Positions 20,301 to 29,941 of a stretch of DNA of 64,000 nt are shown one piece after another. Source of the DNA: Bacillota bacterium (GTDB lineage: Bacteria; Bacillota; Dehalobacteriia; UBA4068; UBA4997). Under the pieces are notes generated by a model, which was given only the letters and a program-made list of their open reading frames with translations, did not search any database and had not been told where the DNA came from. Where the stretch lies: NCBI GenBank assembly GCA_036677375.1, contig JAVBWO010000012.1, forward strand, positions 420,677 through 484,676. The letters are read 5' to 3'. Positions within the stretch are counted from its first letter, which is position 1. Each line of letters starts with the position of its first letter. The position numbers and the translations under genes are program-made.

Positions 20301-20907
20301 CCACCCGCGCCGCCAAGTCGCTGACGATATCCTCCACCCGCTCCAGGTTGCGCTGGGTATTGTCCAGCTTGCGCATGGCTTCCCGTTTACGGTTGCGGTA
20401 GCGGACGATGCCCGCGGCCTCCTCGATGAGGCAGCGCCGTTCTTCCGGTTTCATGCCCACCATCTCATGGATGCGTCCCTGCCCCACCATGGAAAAACTG
20501 TCGCTGGTAACGCCACAATCCACGAAAAGATTATAGATATCCTTCAAACGGCAAGTCTTGCCGTTGATGAGGTATTCGCTTTCGCCGGAACGGTAGGCCC
20601 GGCGCGCCACCGTCACCTCGGAGAATTCCAAAGGCAGACTGCCGTCACTGTTGTCGATGGTAAGAGCCACCTCCGCCATGCCGATGGCCTTCCGTTTGCC
20701 GCTGCCGGCAAAAATCACATCCTCCATCTTCTGGCCCCGGAGGGAACGGGGATTCTGCTCGCCGATGACCCAGCGCACCGCGTCCGACACATTGGACTTG
20801 CCGCTGCCGTTGGGGCCTACCACGCAGGAAATTCCTGGCTCCAATTGCAGCCGGGTTTTATCGATAAAAGACTTAAAGCCCACCAGATCGATGCTTTTTA
20901 TGTACAT
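17335..20907 (-). CDS. smc: Chromosome segregation protein SMC
   Basis: GFKSF, GPNGSGKSN, long coiled coils with hinge, LSGGEK, LDEVDSALD. Confidence 0.98.
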   Translation of the reverse strand: MYIKSIDLVGFKSFIDKTRLQLEPGISCVVGPNGSGKSNVSDAVRWVIGEQNPRSLRGQKMEDVIFAGSGKRKAIGMAEVALTIDNSDGSLPLEFSEVTVARRAYRSGESEYLINGKTCRLKDIYNLFVDCGVTSDSFSMVGQGRIHEMVGMKPEERRCLIEEAAGIVRYRNRKREAMRKLDNTQRNLERVEDIVSDLAARVGPLGEQAEKAASCREMTEAANRLEISLIAQNLAEYQNKLKQLKESQNQSEKELLTQESGFAAAEAQAEEIRLEITRREETVDKKQQALFQLATDKEKVEARIGVALAQKKAAEENILRLEKEMAGLTSKDGGFIDLVTEKEADKAALDGKIKQTATALTQQEAALEVAKNKAADCGEQVATAKEEAFDLANQLAQIKNEITYQDQLIATARQTLAKIDEDLKRLAAVGENLTAEKERLSRELKAAAENGKEKQIQLQQVEERTKQRDGKQQELAEAEVMLRYSWNAQNSRLQMLQELQEKYEGYYPGVRALLLAAKKGQAAASGIIGVMAELLEVRPGCETALETALGGALQNIVTKTEKDARDAIDYLKKNQAGRVTLLPLDAIRARRNETLDKVLSMPGVIGRGVDLVKCSKEVRPAAEFLLNNLLVVESLPVANQAARQLQYQCKVVTLEGDMVNPGGAMSGGSREKRQGDLLARKEEIRELARQVAELAQKAQTAKTELDGLKAQEAGDKEERAALRESLRQLEMSRLALDKDLQHLTASAQSEAKERESLTWEKTEQEKEVVELTKRQAALKEELSHWQEINEQAGNNISENQAAYDAAAAALDECQKRVADLRVELARLEQEGQSLAAELKRLKGEKTGLFQEIEEKKAQLLHFEKQRDLCREDHHKAKDELQEMEEQYHLRQNQLNTDRHELQIMEESAAAQEKAAKELRQAMEKQRESLHQQEIKKAKLETEWDNEMQKLRENFGLTYEEAAPLILPDLSRREASLRVRELRQAIFALGAVNMGAIEEYQEVKERYEFLTAQRADLLSARKSLDKVIKEMDNIMNRRFQETFGKVSQEFNKAFVRLFGGGQASLSLTDPENLLETGVELSVSPPGKTIANYNLLSGGEKSLIGIALMFGIFQVRPSPFCVLDEVDSALDEANVDRFGEYLRELAGNTQFLLISHRQGTMEAAQVLWGVTMEEDGISKVVSVKLTDMEAAS

Positions 20908-21215
20908 AAAATGCCTGCTCCTCCAAAACATTTTGCCGCAGTTATTTTTGAAGCTTTACCGTAACGCAAACAATACAAAACAATGTAAAACTTTGATTGA
21001 TCATTGCCTGCAATAATCTTGCCCCGCCCGTATTTAAAACGCCATAGATCATCTAAACAGTCATGCCACAAACTATTTTGACCCAGTTGACATAATATTG
21101 AACATGGTATTAAGCATAGTATGAATATGGTGTGAGTATGGTATCGAACAAGCCGTTCCGCCAAATTCAACGGCTGCCGCTATGCAAAAGATTCCGGACA
21201 TATTTAGTTATTATA

Positions 21216-22298
21216 TCATAACGTAATTGTCGGAGGCAAATCAAAAGGCATCCGCTTAAGCCGATCCCGCATAAATTCCTCTTCCTCCAGGAAAAAGCGC
21301 GGCCCGTCTTCCCCGCCCAAGCCAAGCCCGCCCTGAGCAAAGGGATATTCCCTCACTTTGATGTCGGGCCGAAGGCATTCCAATTCCGTCAGATTGCGGC
21401 GGTTCTGCCCAATGAGCTGGCTGATATGCCTGGAATCTGCATATAAAACAGGGTTTTTCAGTTCGTGCCGGGCCAAAAGAAAGACCGCTTTATCAAGCCA
21501 CAAAGCCCCCGCTGCCAAATGGCCGAAGGAGGGATGGAAAGGCCCAGCCAGCACACCCTTGCCCCAGGCAATTTCATGGGTGGGCTGCAACCCTACCCGG
21601 ATCACTTCCACGCCGTAATAGCGGCACAAAAGCAAAAGATCCCGGCAAATCGTCACCGCTTCTTCCAAGGTCAGGGGCCGGTAGCGGTCCGTTGCATAAA
21701 GAGCCGCCAAAGGTGTTCCTTTCAACACTAAAGTGGGATAAAGCCGTGCGGTGTCCGGCCGGTAGGCCAAAAGAGCCGCCGCATTGGCCAAAGCACGCGC
21801 CCTGTCTTCTCCCGGCAAACCGGGCATCAGTTGTACGCCCCAGTGAAAGCCGGCCTTTTTTAAAAGCGATGCCGCCTGAAAGGAATCCGCCGCCCCATGG
21901 CCCCGTCCCGCATTTTTTAAGACCTCATCCTCCAAGGACTGCACGCCAAGTTCCACCATATCCACGCCGAATTCCGCCAAAAAGTCCAGCTTTTCTCTGC
22001 TGATGGCGTCCGGGCGGGTGGAAACGCGCACACCTCTGATACGTCCCCGCTGGAGAGCCTCGGCTGTCACCTTTAGATAATAGGCCTGCTCCTCTCTGCT
22101 CAGAGCGGTAAAGCTGCCGCCGTAAAAAGCCACCTCCGGCAAAGGCTCCTGCCGCCAGGCTTCGATAGCGGCGGCGACCGCAGCCGCCGTAGGAGCGCAG
22201 GTTCCCGTTACCTGAAACTGGTCACAAAAGATACAACGGTGGGGACAGCCTTTATGGGGTATAAAAAAGGGCAGGATGTACCGGTTATTCCTGCCCAT
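21216..22298 (-). CDS. Radical SAM protein (Elp3/YhcC-like)
   Basis: GCPHRCIFC (CxxxCxxC), FYGGSFT, STRPD, ELGVQS, GPFHPSFG; usual position between rnc and smc; start could be 22325. Confidence 0.88.
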   Translation of the reverse strand: MGRNNRYILPFFIPHKGCPHRCIFCDQFQVTGTCAPTAAAVAAAIEAWRQEPLPEVAFYGGSFTALSREEQAYYLKVTAEALQRGRIRGVRVSTRPDAISREKLDFLAEFGVDMVELGVQSLEDEVLKNAGRGHGAADSFQAASLLKKAGFHWGVQLMPGLPGEDRARALANAAALLAYRPDTARLYPTLVLKGTPLAALYATDRYRPLTLEEAVTICRDLLLLCRYYGVEVIRVGLQPTHEIAWGKGVLAGPFHPSFGHLAAGALWLDKAVFLLARHELKNPVLYADSRHISQLIGQNRRNLTELECLRPDIKVREYPFAQGGLGLGGEDGPRFFLEEEEFMRDRLKRMPFDLPPTITL

Positions 22299-22333
22299 TT
22301 TTTGCACCTTTATTAATCTTTTCATTTTTTTTA

Positions 22334-23218
22334 TTATTTTTGTAAAACATTTCGTCCTTTCGTATCTGTTTGTCTTTCAGCTTTTTTATGAAGCGTTTTA
22401 TTTTTTTGAGATGCCGGAGCCTGCCGCTTTTTCCCTTTGGAAACGATGCTGCTTTTGGGAAGCTCTGCGGCTTTTTCGGCAGCTTTATCCTCCCGCACCG
22501 CTTTTTCCTTTGCAATAACCGAATTCCGCTTAGTGTCCCGGTTTTTCCAAGCGCTCGCCGCGGCAGCCTGTTCCGCTTCTTTTTTGCTGCTGCCCCAGGC
22601 GCTGGCCAATTCTTGATCCTGGTAGACAACAGCCATGCAATATTCCTTTTTGTGATCGGGACCGCGGCTGTCCAACAGGCGGTATTGCGGAGCGTCACCG
22701 CCCGCGCTTTGGGTCCATTGCTGCAAAAGCCCTTTGTAATCCTCATATTTGCCGGCATGCATATTGGCCATAGCCTCTTCCAGTCCATCCAGGACCATAT
22801 GTCTGGTCGCTTCCAGACCACAGGAAAGATAAAGGGCTCCCAGCACCGCTTCAAAAGTATCGGACAGTACGGAGTCCCGCTGACCGTCACCGTTTTTTTC
22901 ACTGCCTTTGCCGAGCAGCAGATAATCTCCCAGAGAGATACGACGGGCCGCCGCCGCCAAAGCTTCCTCCCGCACCAGCGCCGCCCGAATCTTGGAAAGC
23001 GTTCCCTCCTGCGCCTGGGGGTAACGGCGGTACAGTTCCTCCGCCATCAGCATATCCAAAACAGCGTCGCCCAAATATTCCAGCCGCTGATTATCGGGGC
23101 CCTGCTGGCCTTCAAAATAGGTGGGATTGGTGACCGCCTGCCGCAATAGGGTAAAATCATTCCCCAGCCAGCCGATGGATAAAGCCAGTTCCCCAATATC
23201 TTTCCGCGTTTTTGTCAT
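22334..23218 (-). CDS. rnc: Ribonuclease III with a Lys-rich C-terminal tail
   Basis: NQRLEYLGDAVL, SDTFEAVLGA, dsRBD (YKGLLQQW..GPDHKKEY..GSSKKEAEQAAA), then ~70 aa extra. Confidence 0.95.
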   Translation of the reverse strand: MTKTRKDIGELALSIGWLGNDFTLLRQAVTNPTYFEGQQGPDNQRLEYLGDAVLDMLMAEELYRRYPQAQEGTLSKIRAALVREEALAAAARRISLGDYLLLGKGSEKNGDGQRDSVLSDTFEAVLGALYLSCGLEATRHMVLDGLEEAMANMHAGKYEDYKGLLQQWTQSAGGDAPQYRLLDSRGPDHKKEYCMAVVYQDQELASAWGSSKKEAEQAAAASAWKNRDTKRNSVIAKEKAVREDKAAEKAAELPKSSIVSKGKKRQAPASQKNKTLHKKAERQTDTKGRNVLQK

Positions 23219-23240
23219 ATTCAAAACCCCATTTGGCGAT

Positions 23241-23471
23241 TTAGAAAATCTTATTCTGGATATACTCAACCAAATCCCGCATATTGGCAAAACTCATGGC
23301 TTCCTCATCGGAAATATTGATTTCGAATTCTTCCTCCAAAGACATAATCAATTCCACGACGTCCAAAGAATCCACTTCCAGATCGGCAAAGGAGGTATCC
23401 ATGGTCACCTCTTCGGGTTTGCGCCCCAGTTGTTCCACAACAATTCTTTTGATCTTTTCAAAAATGTCCAT
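23241..23471 (-). CDS. acpP: Acyl carrier protein
   Basis: DLEVDSLDVVELIM phosphopantetheine site. Confidence 0.95.
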   Translation of the reverse strand: MDIFEKIKRIVVEQLGRKPEEVTMDTSFADLEVDSLDVVELIMSLEEEFEINISDEEAMSFANMRDLVEYIQNKIF

Positions 23472-23528
23472 GCCCCAGTCTCCTTTTTATCATTTCTCAA
23501 CTTTATGATATTGATTTCTTAAACCGGT

Positions 23529-24515
23529 TTATTCCGCCTGGCAAGCGCCGACCCTTTCGGCGATCTTGCCGACAAAATCAGCTTCCACCAGATTGGCTGC
23601 TACGGCAATGGCGTTCTTAATGGCATAAGCATTGGAACTGCCGTGGCAGACGATACTGATGCCCTTCACACCCACCAGGGGCGCGCCGCCGTACTCCGTA
23701 TAATCCAGTGCCTTCTTGATATTCAATAAACCGGGCTTCACTAAAGCCGCACCGATCTTGGTGAAAAGGTTATGCTTAAATTCCCGTTTCAGCTGAGCAA
23801 ACAGTACTTTACTCAAACCCTCCGCCATCTTCAGCACCACATTGCCGGTAAAGCCGTCGGTGACCATGACGTCATATTCGCCATAAGAGATATCGCGTCC
23901 CTCAATATTACCGATAAAGTTCAGTTCGCTTTCTGCTAAAAGCTTGTGAGCCGCAACCACCAGCGGCGTACCTTTGCATTCTTCCGCCCCATTGGAAAGC
24001 AAGGCGATGCGTGGATTTTCGGTATGAAAGACAGCCTTGGCGTAAACATCCCCCATCACGGCAAACTGCAACAGCTGTTCCGGTTTCAGTTCCGTGTTGG
24101 CACCGATATCTAAAACGATCTTGCCGCCGTTAAAGGTGGGGAAAACCACACAAATAGCAGGCCGCTCCACGCCTTTGATCCTTCCCAACTGCAACAGAGC
24201 CGATGCCATTTGCGCGCCGGTGGAGCCCGCCGAAACCACAGCGTCTGCCTCTCCCTCTTTGACCAGCTGGGTCGCCACCCAAATGGAGGAATCTCTTTTC
24301 TGCCGCAGATGTTCCACGGATTCATCCATGGCCATCACGGAACCGGCGGGATAGGTCCTGACATTGGCGGGATATTGAGACTGCTTGGGCAGCATCGCTT
24401 CTTTCCCTACCAAAATAATCTGCCAATCGCTATGTTCTTGCGCCGCGGCAATCGCTCCCTGCACAATCTCATTGGGTGCATGGTCGCCGCCCATGGCGTC
24501 TACAGCAATACGCAC
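23529..24515 (-). CDS. plsX: Phosphate acyltransferase PlsX
   Basis: IAVDAMGGDHAP, SAGSTGA, DGFTGNVVLK, GGAPLVG, CHGSS. Confidence 0.97.
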   Translation of the reverse strand: MRIAVDAMGGDHAPNEIVQGAIAAAQEHSDWQIILVGKEAMLPKQSQYPANVRTYPAGSVMAMDESVEHLRQKRDSSIWVATQLVKEGEADAVVSAGSTGAQMASALLQLGRIKGVERPAICVVFPTFNGGKIVLDIGANTELKPEQLLQFAVMGDVYAKAVFHTENPRIALLSNGAEECKGTPLVVAAHKLLAESELNFIGNIEGRDISYGEYDVMVTDGFTGNVVLKMAEGLSKVLFAQLKREFKHNLFTKIGAALVKPGLLNIKKALDYTEYGGAPLVGVKGISIVCHGSSNAYAIKNAIAVAANLVEADFVGKIAERVGACQAE

Positions 24516-24712
24516 GTTTCTTTCCTCCCGCGCCTTTTTAGGCTGTCATTTTCTAAGTAAAATATTACAAAAATATTATACACACTTGTTTTACTTTATA
24601 CAAGCGCAAAAAAGAGCCGCGCTGCATCTTGCGCCGCTCTTTTCTCTTTCTTCGATTTATTTTCCTTTTTTCTTCATTTTTTCTTCATTTTTTGCACTTT
24701 TCTTTTTGTTGT

Positions 24713-25699
24713 TTACTGATTTTTGATGCTTTTCAGATACTCTGTAACGGTCATATTATTTGAAGCATTAACCCGTGGCAATAGCAAAAGAGAATTCCCC
24801 GCTACCGCCTGATTCGGCTGCGTGGTAACGGCAATAAGATAGCCCGTATCTTTTAATGCCTGGGTGAGGGTATCGTTATGCCGGCCGTAAGGATATGCAA
24901 AATAAGTGATGGGTACGCCCAATTCCTTTTCCAGAATACTTTTGCTCAAGGCCAGATCATTGGCGACGCGCTCCCGGTATTCCCAGGGCGATTCCAAGAC
25001 GCCGTTGCCGAAGTAGATCTTGTTGACCATAGCCGGGCCGGTCTCTCCTTTGGCATTGATCACTACGCTGCCGTGGCCGTCATAGGTGTGGCTGCCGAAC
25101 TCAATGATGCCGCTTTGCGCCATTTCCCGCATCTGGTCAAAAGTCAGATGGGGCAGTCCGTAAGCGGAATCATCGTACTGCGATACGTCGACCGCAATTT
25201 CGGAAGAACTCACCACCACCGCTATATTGGCCTTGAGGCCGTATTGCTTCAAAATAGGGTACGCCATAGTACAATTGCTGGCATAGCCATCGTCAAAGGT
25301 AATGACCACGCTGTTGTACGGCGGCATCAGCCCCTGAGCCAAATAGTCATAAAGCTCGGACATCAGGAGCGTTTTATATCCTTTATCGTACAGCGCCTTC
25401 ATTTGCGCGGCAAAAACGTCCAGCGAAATCACCGCATTGTTGCCATAGTTGACGCCGCCCTTAGCGCAGGTCTCAGCGGGAGCCAGATGATGATACATCA
25501 GGATAGTGTAACTCTTCGCCTGTTTGCCGACAATGGGCACCGGCGCCAAAGGCATGGCCGCCGCTTTGACGCTGGAGGTCTGCCCCGCCGCCCAAACGCG
25601 TTGCTGCCCGCTGAAACAGATACCGCAAAATAAAGCGGCTATGAAAAAGGCCAGTGCCGCATGAAAAAAGATTATTTTTAAATTTTTAACTTTTATCAC
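24713..25699 (-). CDS. Secreted polysaccharide deacetylase (CE4/NodB family)
   Basis: Signal-peptide-like N-terminus; ILMYHH, ITFDDGY, SHTYDGH, FAYPYG motifs. Confidence 0.88.
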   Translation of the reverse strand: MIKVKNLKIIFFHAALAFFIAALFCGICFSGQQRVWAAGQTSSVKAAAMPLAPVPIVGKQAKSYTILMYHHLAPAETCAKGGVNYGNNAVISLDVFAAQMKALYDKGYKTLLMSELYDYLAQGLMPPYNSVVITFDDGYASNCTMAYPILKQYGLKANIAVVVSSSEIAVDVSQYDDSAYGLPHLTFDQMREMAQSGIIEFGSHTYDGHGSVVINAKGETGPAMVNKIYFGNGVLESPWEYRERVANDLALSKSILEKELGVPITYFAYPYGRHNDTLTQALKDTGYLIAVTTQPNQAVAGNSLLLLPRVNASNNMTVTEYLKSIKNQ

Positions 25700-26050
25700 G
25701 TTCCACTAAGCCTACCTTTCTTGATCTTCGTGTAATTTGACGCCGTTTTAGAGGCGGCTTCTTGCATACGATTTCTAAGGCAACACCGCATCATTCACCG
25801 AAAAGGCCGACAAAGCGGTGCTTTACTTAAGACAGTTCTTCGATCAGGGATGTCATTGTTATCTGTTTATCCGTATTTTTATTTTACGACACTTTACCAA
25901 CAGGCGATACTCTGTACGATATTGCCCTAAATTGATAGACGCCGATATTATGTCCCGGTTCCCGGAAATCTTATCCACTTTTGATCTTGTTGCTTTTTTT
26001 GTTTATGTTCATATGACTGTTTTGTCCTTCCATAAAACGGATCACGCTGC

Positions 26051-26082
26051 AAAAAAGCCTCCGGCAGATACCGGAGGCTTTT
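26051..26082 (-). terminator. Intrinsic terminator after rpmF
   Basis: aaaagcctccgg-cagata-ccggaggctttt. Confidence 0.85.
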
Positions 26083-26092
26083 CAAAGCAAAT

Positions 26093-26290
26093 TTATTTCG
26101 CTTTGGCAGGCGCTTCCACTTTGATGGGACGGCCTTTATAATAGCCACATTCCCCACATGCATGGTGAGGCTCTTTCAAAGCATGGCATTGAGGGCAAAT
26201 ACTGAGACCGGGCGCAACATTGCCGGCACTCATTCCGGCACGGTGCATACGGACATTGGCTTTGGATTTTCTATTCTTAGGTACACCCAT
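26093..26290 (-). CDS. rpmF: 50S ribosomal protein L32 (Zn-binding type)
   Basis: MGVPKNRKSK...CPQC...PHHACGECGYY. Confidence 0.95.
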   Translation of the reverse strand: MGVPKNRKSKANVRMHRAGMSAGNVAPGLSICPQCHALKEPHHACGECGYYKGRPIKVEAPAKAK

Positions 26291-26307
26291 GGATTTCCAC
26301 TCCTTTC

Positions 26308-26829
26308 TTACTCTGGTTCCTTCTGGTTTTTTAAAAGCAATAATTTCGCAAGCCGCGGGTCGATTTCCTGCTCCCCGCAGCGGCAGGCCTCGGTATTGAG
26401 ATCCGCGCCGCAACCGGGGCACAGTCCCCGACAATCGGCGCTACACAGCACCTGCATCGGTAAGGAAAGATAGATCTCTTTCAAAAGATACCGGGTGATC
26501 TCGATCACATTGCCTTCAAAGAGATGTACGGTTTCCTCTTCATCGGACTCCACCACTTCCGGCTGATTGGAAAAAGTTTCTGTTACCTGCACGGAAAAAG
26601 AATGGGAAAAAGGTTTCAGACAACGGTGGCAAGTAAGCTCCAACAAACCGTCCGCCGTACCTTCCACCACAAGAAAAGCGTTCTGATGATCCACCTTGCC
26701 GCGAAAAAACAAAGGAGCAGACAAGACCAGCTCGCCATAGCCGAAGGCTGCGGCATCCACCTCTTCTGAAAGAGAAAAAGCTGCCGAACCGCCTTTGATA
26801 TTTTTGACTTTACTTACATCAATCTTCAC
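26308..26829 (-). CDS. YceD/DUF177 family protein
   Basis: CHRCL ... LPMQVLCSADCRGLCPGCG..DPRLAKL; upstream of rpmF. Confidence 0.92.
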   Translation of the reverse strand: MKIDVSKVKNIKGGSAAFSLSEEVDAAAFGYGELVLSAPLFFRGKVDHQNAFLVVEGTADGLLELTCHRCLKPFSHSFSVQVTETFSNQPEVVESDEEETVHLFEGNVIEITRYLLKEIYLSLPMQVLCSADCRGLCPGCGADLNTEACRCGEQEIDPRLAKLLLLKNQKEPE

Positions 26830-26946
26830 ACCATTCCCGCCTTTTTGGGCAATGAATGCCGTTTTCCACACAGACCGCTTTCGCCCTTCGCGATAAATAG
26901 CGGCTTCATTATTATACAAACAGCGGTTTAATATGTCAAGTTCTTG

Positions 26947-28140
26947 TTATTTTGAGACAATAGCCAAGGTGTCTTTGGCAATCATCAGTTCCTCATTGGT
27001 GGGAATAATGAAAGCTTTCACCTTGGAACCGGCTTTGGTGATCTCGGTTTCTTCACCGCGCACTTCGTTGGCCGCCGCATCAAAATCCAAGCCCAGGAAG
27101 GATAGGCGCTCACAGATGGCTTTACGCAATCTGATGCTGTTCTCCCCGATACCGGCGGTAAAAACGATGGCGTCAACGCCGTTCATCTCGGCGGCATAAG
27201 CGCCGATATATTTCACGATCTGCTGCTCTAACATTTCCAAAGCCAGCTTGGCTCTTTCATTGCCTTCGTTGGCAGCTTCTTCCACATAGCGCATATCGCT
27301 GGATACGCCGGAAATGCCTAAAAGACCGCATTTCTTATTCAAATAGTTACACGCCTCCTGGGCCGACAAATTTTCCCGTTCGCAAATATAAGCCACAATG
27401 GCGGGGTCAACATCGCCGGAGCGGGTTCCCATGAGCAAGCCGGCCAGCGGGGTAAAGCCCATGCTGGTATCCATGCATTTACCGCCACAGACGGCGGAGA
27501 TGCTGGAGCCGTTGCCCAAGTGGCAGGTAATGATCTTGGTTTCCAATGCCGGTTTCCCTAACAGGGCGATGGCACGTTCAGAAATATAGCGGTGAGAAGT
27601 GCCATGGAAGCCGTAACGGCGTACGCCATATTTTTCATACATATCATAACTGATGCCGTATATATAGGAGCTGGCAGGCATAGTTTGATGGAAGGAAGTA
27701 TCGAAAACGCCGACCATCGGCACGCCGGGCATGGTTTCCTTGCAGGCATTGATCCCTAATAAGGCCGGAGGATTGTGCAGGGGAGCAATCTCAACTAATT
27801 TCTCAACTTCCGCGATGACGTCTTCTTTCAGCAAAACGGATTGGGCAAAGGTGCTGCCGCCATGGACGATCCGGTGTCCGACGGCGTCGATTTCTTTCAT
27901 ATCGGAGATGACACCGTGCTCGGGACTGGTTAAGCACCCGATCACCAGCTCAATGGCTTTGGAATGGTTTGGCATCTCAGCTTTGATCTCAACTTTTTTA
28001 TCCCCTACCCTGTGGGTCAGATCGGATTCGGCCAAGCCGATTTTTTCTACCAAGCCTTTTGCCATAATGGTTTCGGTGGTCATGTCAAAAAGCTGGTACT
28101 TCAAGGAAGAGCTTCCACAGTTCAAAACCAATACTTTCAT
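26947..28140 (-). CDS. ackA: Acetate kinase
   Basis: LVLNCGSSSLKYQL, GHRIVHGG, APLHN, RRYGFHGTSH, CHLGNG, IPTNEE. Confidence 0.98.
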   Translation of the reverse strand: MKVLVLNCGSSSLKYQLFDMTTETIMAKGLVEKIGLAESDLTHRVGDKKVEIKAEMPNHSKAIELVIGCLTSPEHGVISDMKEIDAVGHRIVHGGSTFAQSVLLKEDVIAEVEKLVEIAPLHNPPALLGINACKETMPGVPMVGVFDTSFHQTMPASSYIYGISYDMYEKYGVRRYGFHGTSHRYISERAIALLGKPALETKIITCHLGNGSSISAVCGGKCMDTSMGFTPLAGLLMGTRSGDVDPAIVAYICERENLSAQEACNYLNKKCGLLGISGVSSDMRYVEEAANEGNERAKLALEMLEQQIVKYIGAYAAEMNGVDAIVFTAGIGENSIRLRKAICERLSFLGLDFDAAANEVRGEETEITKAGSKVKAFIIPTNEELMIAKDTLAIVSK

Positions 28141-28265
28141 TTTTATTTACCCCCTGCGCTTTTGATTTGCATTTTAGATGATAGACCATAACCTTATATA
28201 TATTATCATATTCGGCAGCTTTTTTCCAGTTTATTTTTGCTTTTCTTTCAATAATCAGCAGGCAG

Positions 28266-29432
28266 GTGATGTGTATGGCTCTTTGCCGCGGCTTGGCCAT
28301 CTGCTTTTTTCTTTTGGCTATGATCTTTTTCCCTAAAACTGTTTTTGCTGCCGCCGGCGTCGGTCTCGGTATTTGGTGGCAGTCGGTGGTGCCTTCTCTT
28401 TTCCCCTTTTTTATGACGGCGGAGCTCTTACTGCGCACCGGCATGGCCAAAACCTTGGGCCTTTGGCTTGATCCTTTGATACGTCCCCTTTTCCGCCTGC
28501 CGGGGGCAGCCGCTTTGGCGGTGGTTATGGGCTTTGTTTCCGGGTCGCCCACAGGAGCTGCCATCACCGCCAGCTTGCGCAAAGAAGGTCTCTGCACCAA
28601 AGAAGAAGGAGACCGACTACTGGCTTTCACCAATAACGCCGGGCCTTTGTATATCCTGGCCGCCGTCGCCATCGGCATCTTGAAAGAACCGGCTTTGGGG
28701 GTATGGCTTTACCTCTCTCACTATCCCGTTAATTTTATCTTTGGCATTTTACTGCGTTTTCGGGCAAAGAAAACCCCGGCCAAACAGCAGAGCTGTTGCC
28801 GCCGGGGCATATGGCACCTGTACGATACCTGGAAGGAGGGCGTCGCTCTTCTGAAAGCCACCGAAACGCCACCCTTTGGACAACTGCTGGGCCAATCGGT
28901 GAAAAACGCCATTGTTAATATCAGCGCTATTGGCGGCTTTATGGTTTTTTTTGCCGTTTTGACCGCGCTCCTGCAAAAAATGGGATTGCTGACCGCTTTC
29001 GACCGTTTGTTTTTTGGTTTTTGTCAAATCTTTGGGTTATCCGGTGAGTTGACTCTCTCCCTCAGCAAAGGTTTTTTTGAGATGACCATCGGGGTGGCCG
29101 CCCTGCCGCAAAGCGGCGCTCCCCTTTTGGAGCAGATGGCGGCCGCGGGCATGATAATAGCCTGGAATGGGTTATCCATCCAGGCTCAGGTTATCAGTAT
29201 GCTGGAAGGCACGGATTTGAGCCCCAAGCTTTATTTGATAAGCCGGGCTGTGCACAGCATCCTTGCCCTGCTGCTTTTATTATGGGCAACACCCTATATT
29301 CCTGCCAACGCCGGTAATCTGACGCCCGCCGTTCTGCCGGGAATCGGAACGCTATGGCTTGCCGCCATGGGCATTTTACTGCTCTTAGCGATTATCGGTC
29401 TATGTATGTCCACATTTATGAAAAGAAATTAG
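28266..29432 (+). CDS. ylbJ: Sporulation integral membrane protein YlbJ
   Basis: VVPSLFPF, PLIRPLFRLPG, SGSPTGA, NNAGPL, FFEMTIG, GLSIQAQV. Confidence 0.9.
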   Translation: MMCMALCRGLAICFFLLAMIFFPKTVFAAAGVGLGIWWQSVVPSLFPFFMTAELLLRTGMAKTLGLWLDPLIRPLFRLPGAAALAVVMGFVSGSPTGAAITASLRKEGLCTKEEGDRLLAFTNNAGPLYILAAVAIGILKEPALGVWLYLSHYPVNFIFGILLRFRAKKTPAKQQSCCRRGIWHLYDTWKEGVALLKATETPPFGQLLGQSVKNAIVNISAIGGFMVFFAVLTALLQKMGLLTAFDRLFFGFCQIFGLSGELTLSLSKGFFEMTIGVAALPQSGAPLLEQMAAAGMIIAWNGLSIQAQVISMLEGTDLSPKLYLISRAVHSILALLLLLWATPYIPANAGNLTPAVLPGIGTLWLAAMGILLLLAIIGLCMSTFMKRN

Positions 29433-29450
29433 ATTTTTCGTTTGAAAAAT

Positions 29451-29909
29451 TTAATCTTTTGGTGAACGCAATTCCGCACGGCTCTTTTTAATAACGGCAA
29501 GAGCCTGTTCCATGTTCAACTCAATCTGGGACAAAACATTATCGCCATAGACTTGGATATCATGAGCGATTTCACCTGCGCGCTGCTGCGCTTTATTCAA
29601 TACATTCTCCGCTTCTGCCTGAGCTTGCAGAACGATCTCATTCTCCATCACTAATTTGCCGGCTTGGAGTCTTGCATCCTCCAGCAAACGCTTGCCCTGA
29701 TTTTCAATACTTTCCAATAATTTATCACTTTGATCCAATACTTGGCGGGCCTGTTTGATCTCTTCCGGCATCAGGGCGTGAATCCGGTCGATGAGTTCCA
29801 GCAATTGATCACCGTCCACCATCACTTTCCCGGTAAGCGGTACGCGGGATGCATTGGTAATATACTCCTCTATGTCTTGCAGGACATTGTTGATCTCACT
29901 TTTATCCAC
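29451..29909 (-). CDS. Conserved coiled-coil protein (often annotated ATPase / ATP synthase subunit-like), usually found after rsmD-coaD
   Basis: IEEYITNASRVPLTGKVMVD..LPEE-like (MPEEIKQA) N-terminus followed by coiled coil. Confidence 0.78.
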   Translation of the reverse strand: MDKSEINNVLQDIEEYITNASRVPLTGKVMVDGDQLLELIDRIHALMPEEIKQARQVLDQSDKLLESIENQGKRLLEDARLQAGKLVMENEIVLQAQAEAENVLNKAQQRAGEIAHDIQVYGDNVLSQIELNMEQALAVIKKSRAELRSPKD

Positions 29910-29941
29910 TGAAAAAACCCTCCTTTTGCTTCTTCTAATAT

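Noticed and set aside
25700-26050. c-di-GMP riboswitch upstream of the deacetylase
   Set aside because: Hairpins are present but I could not find the GEMM consensus; an Infernal scan would be needed.
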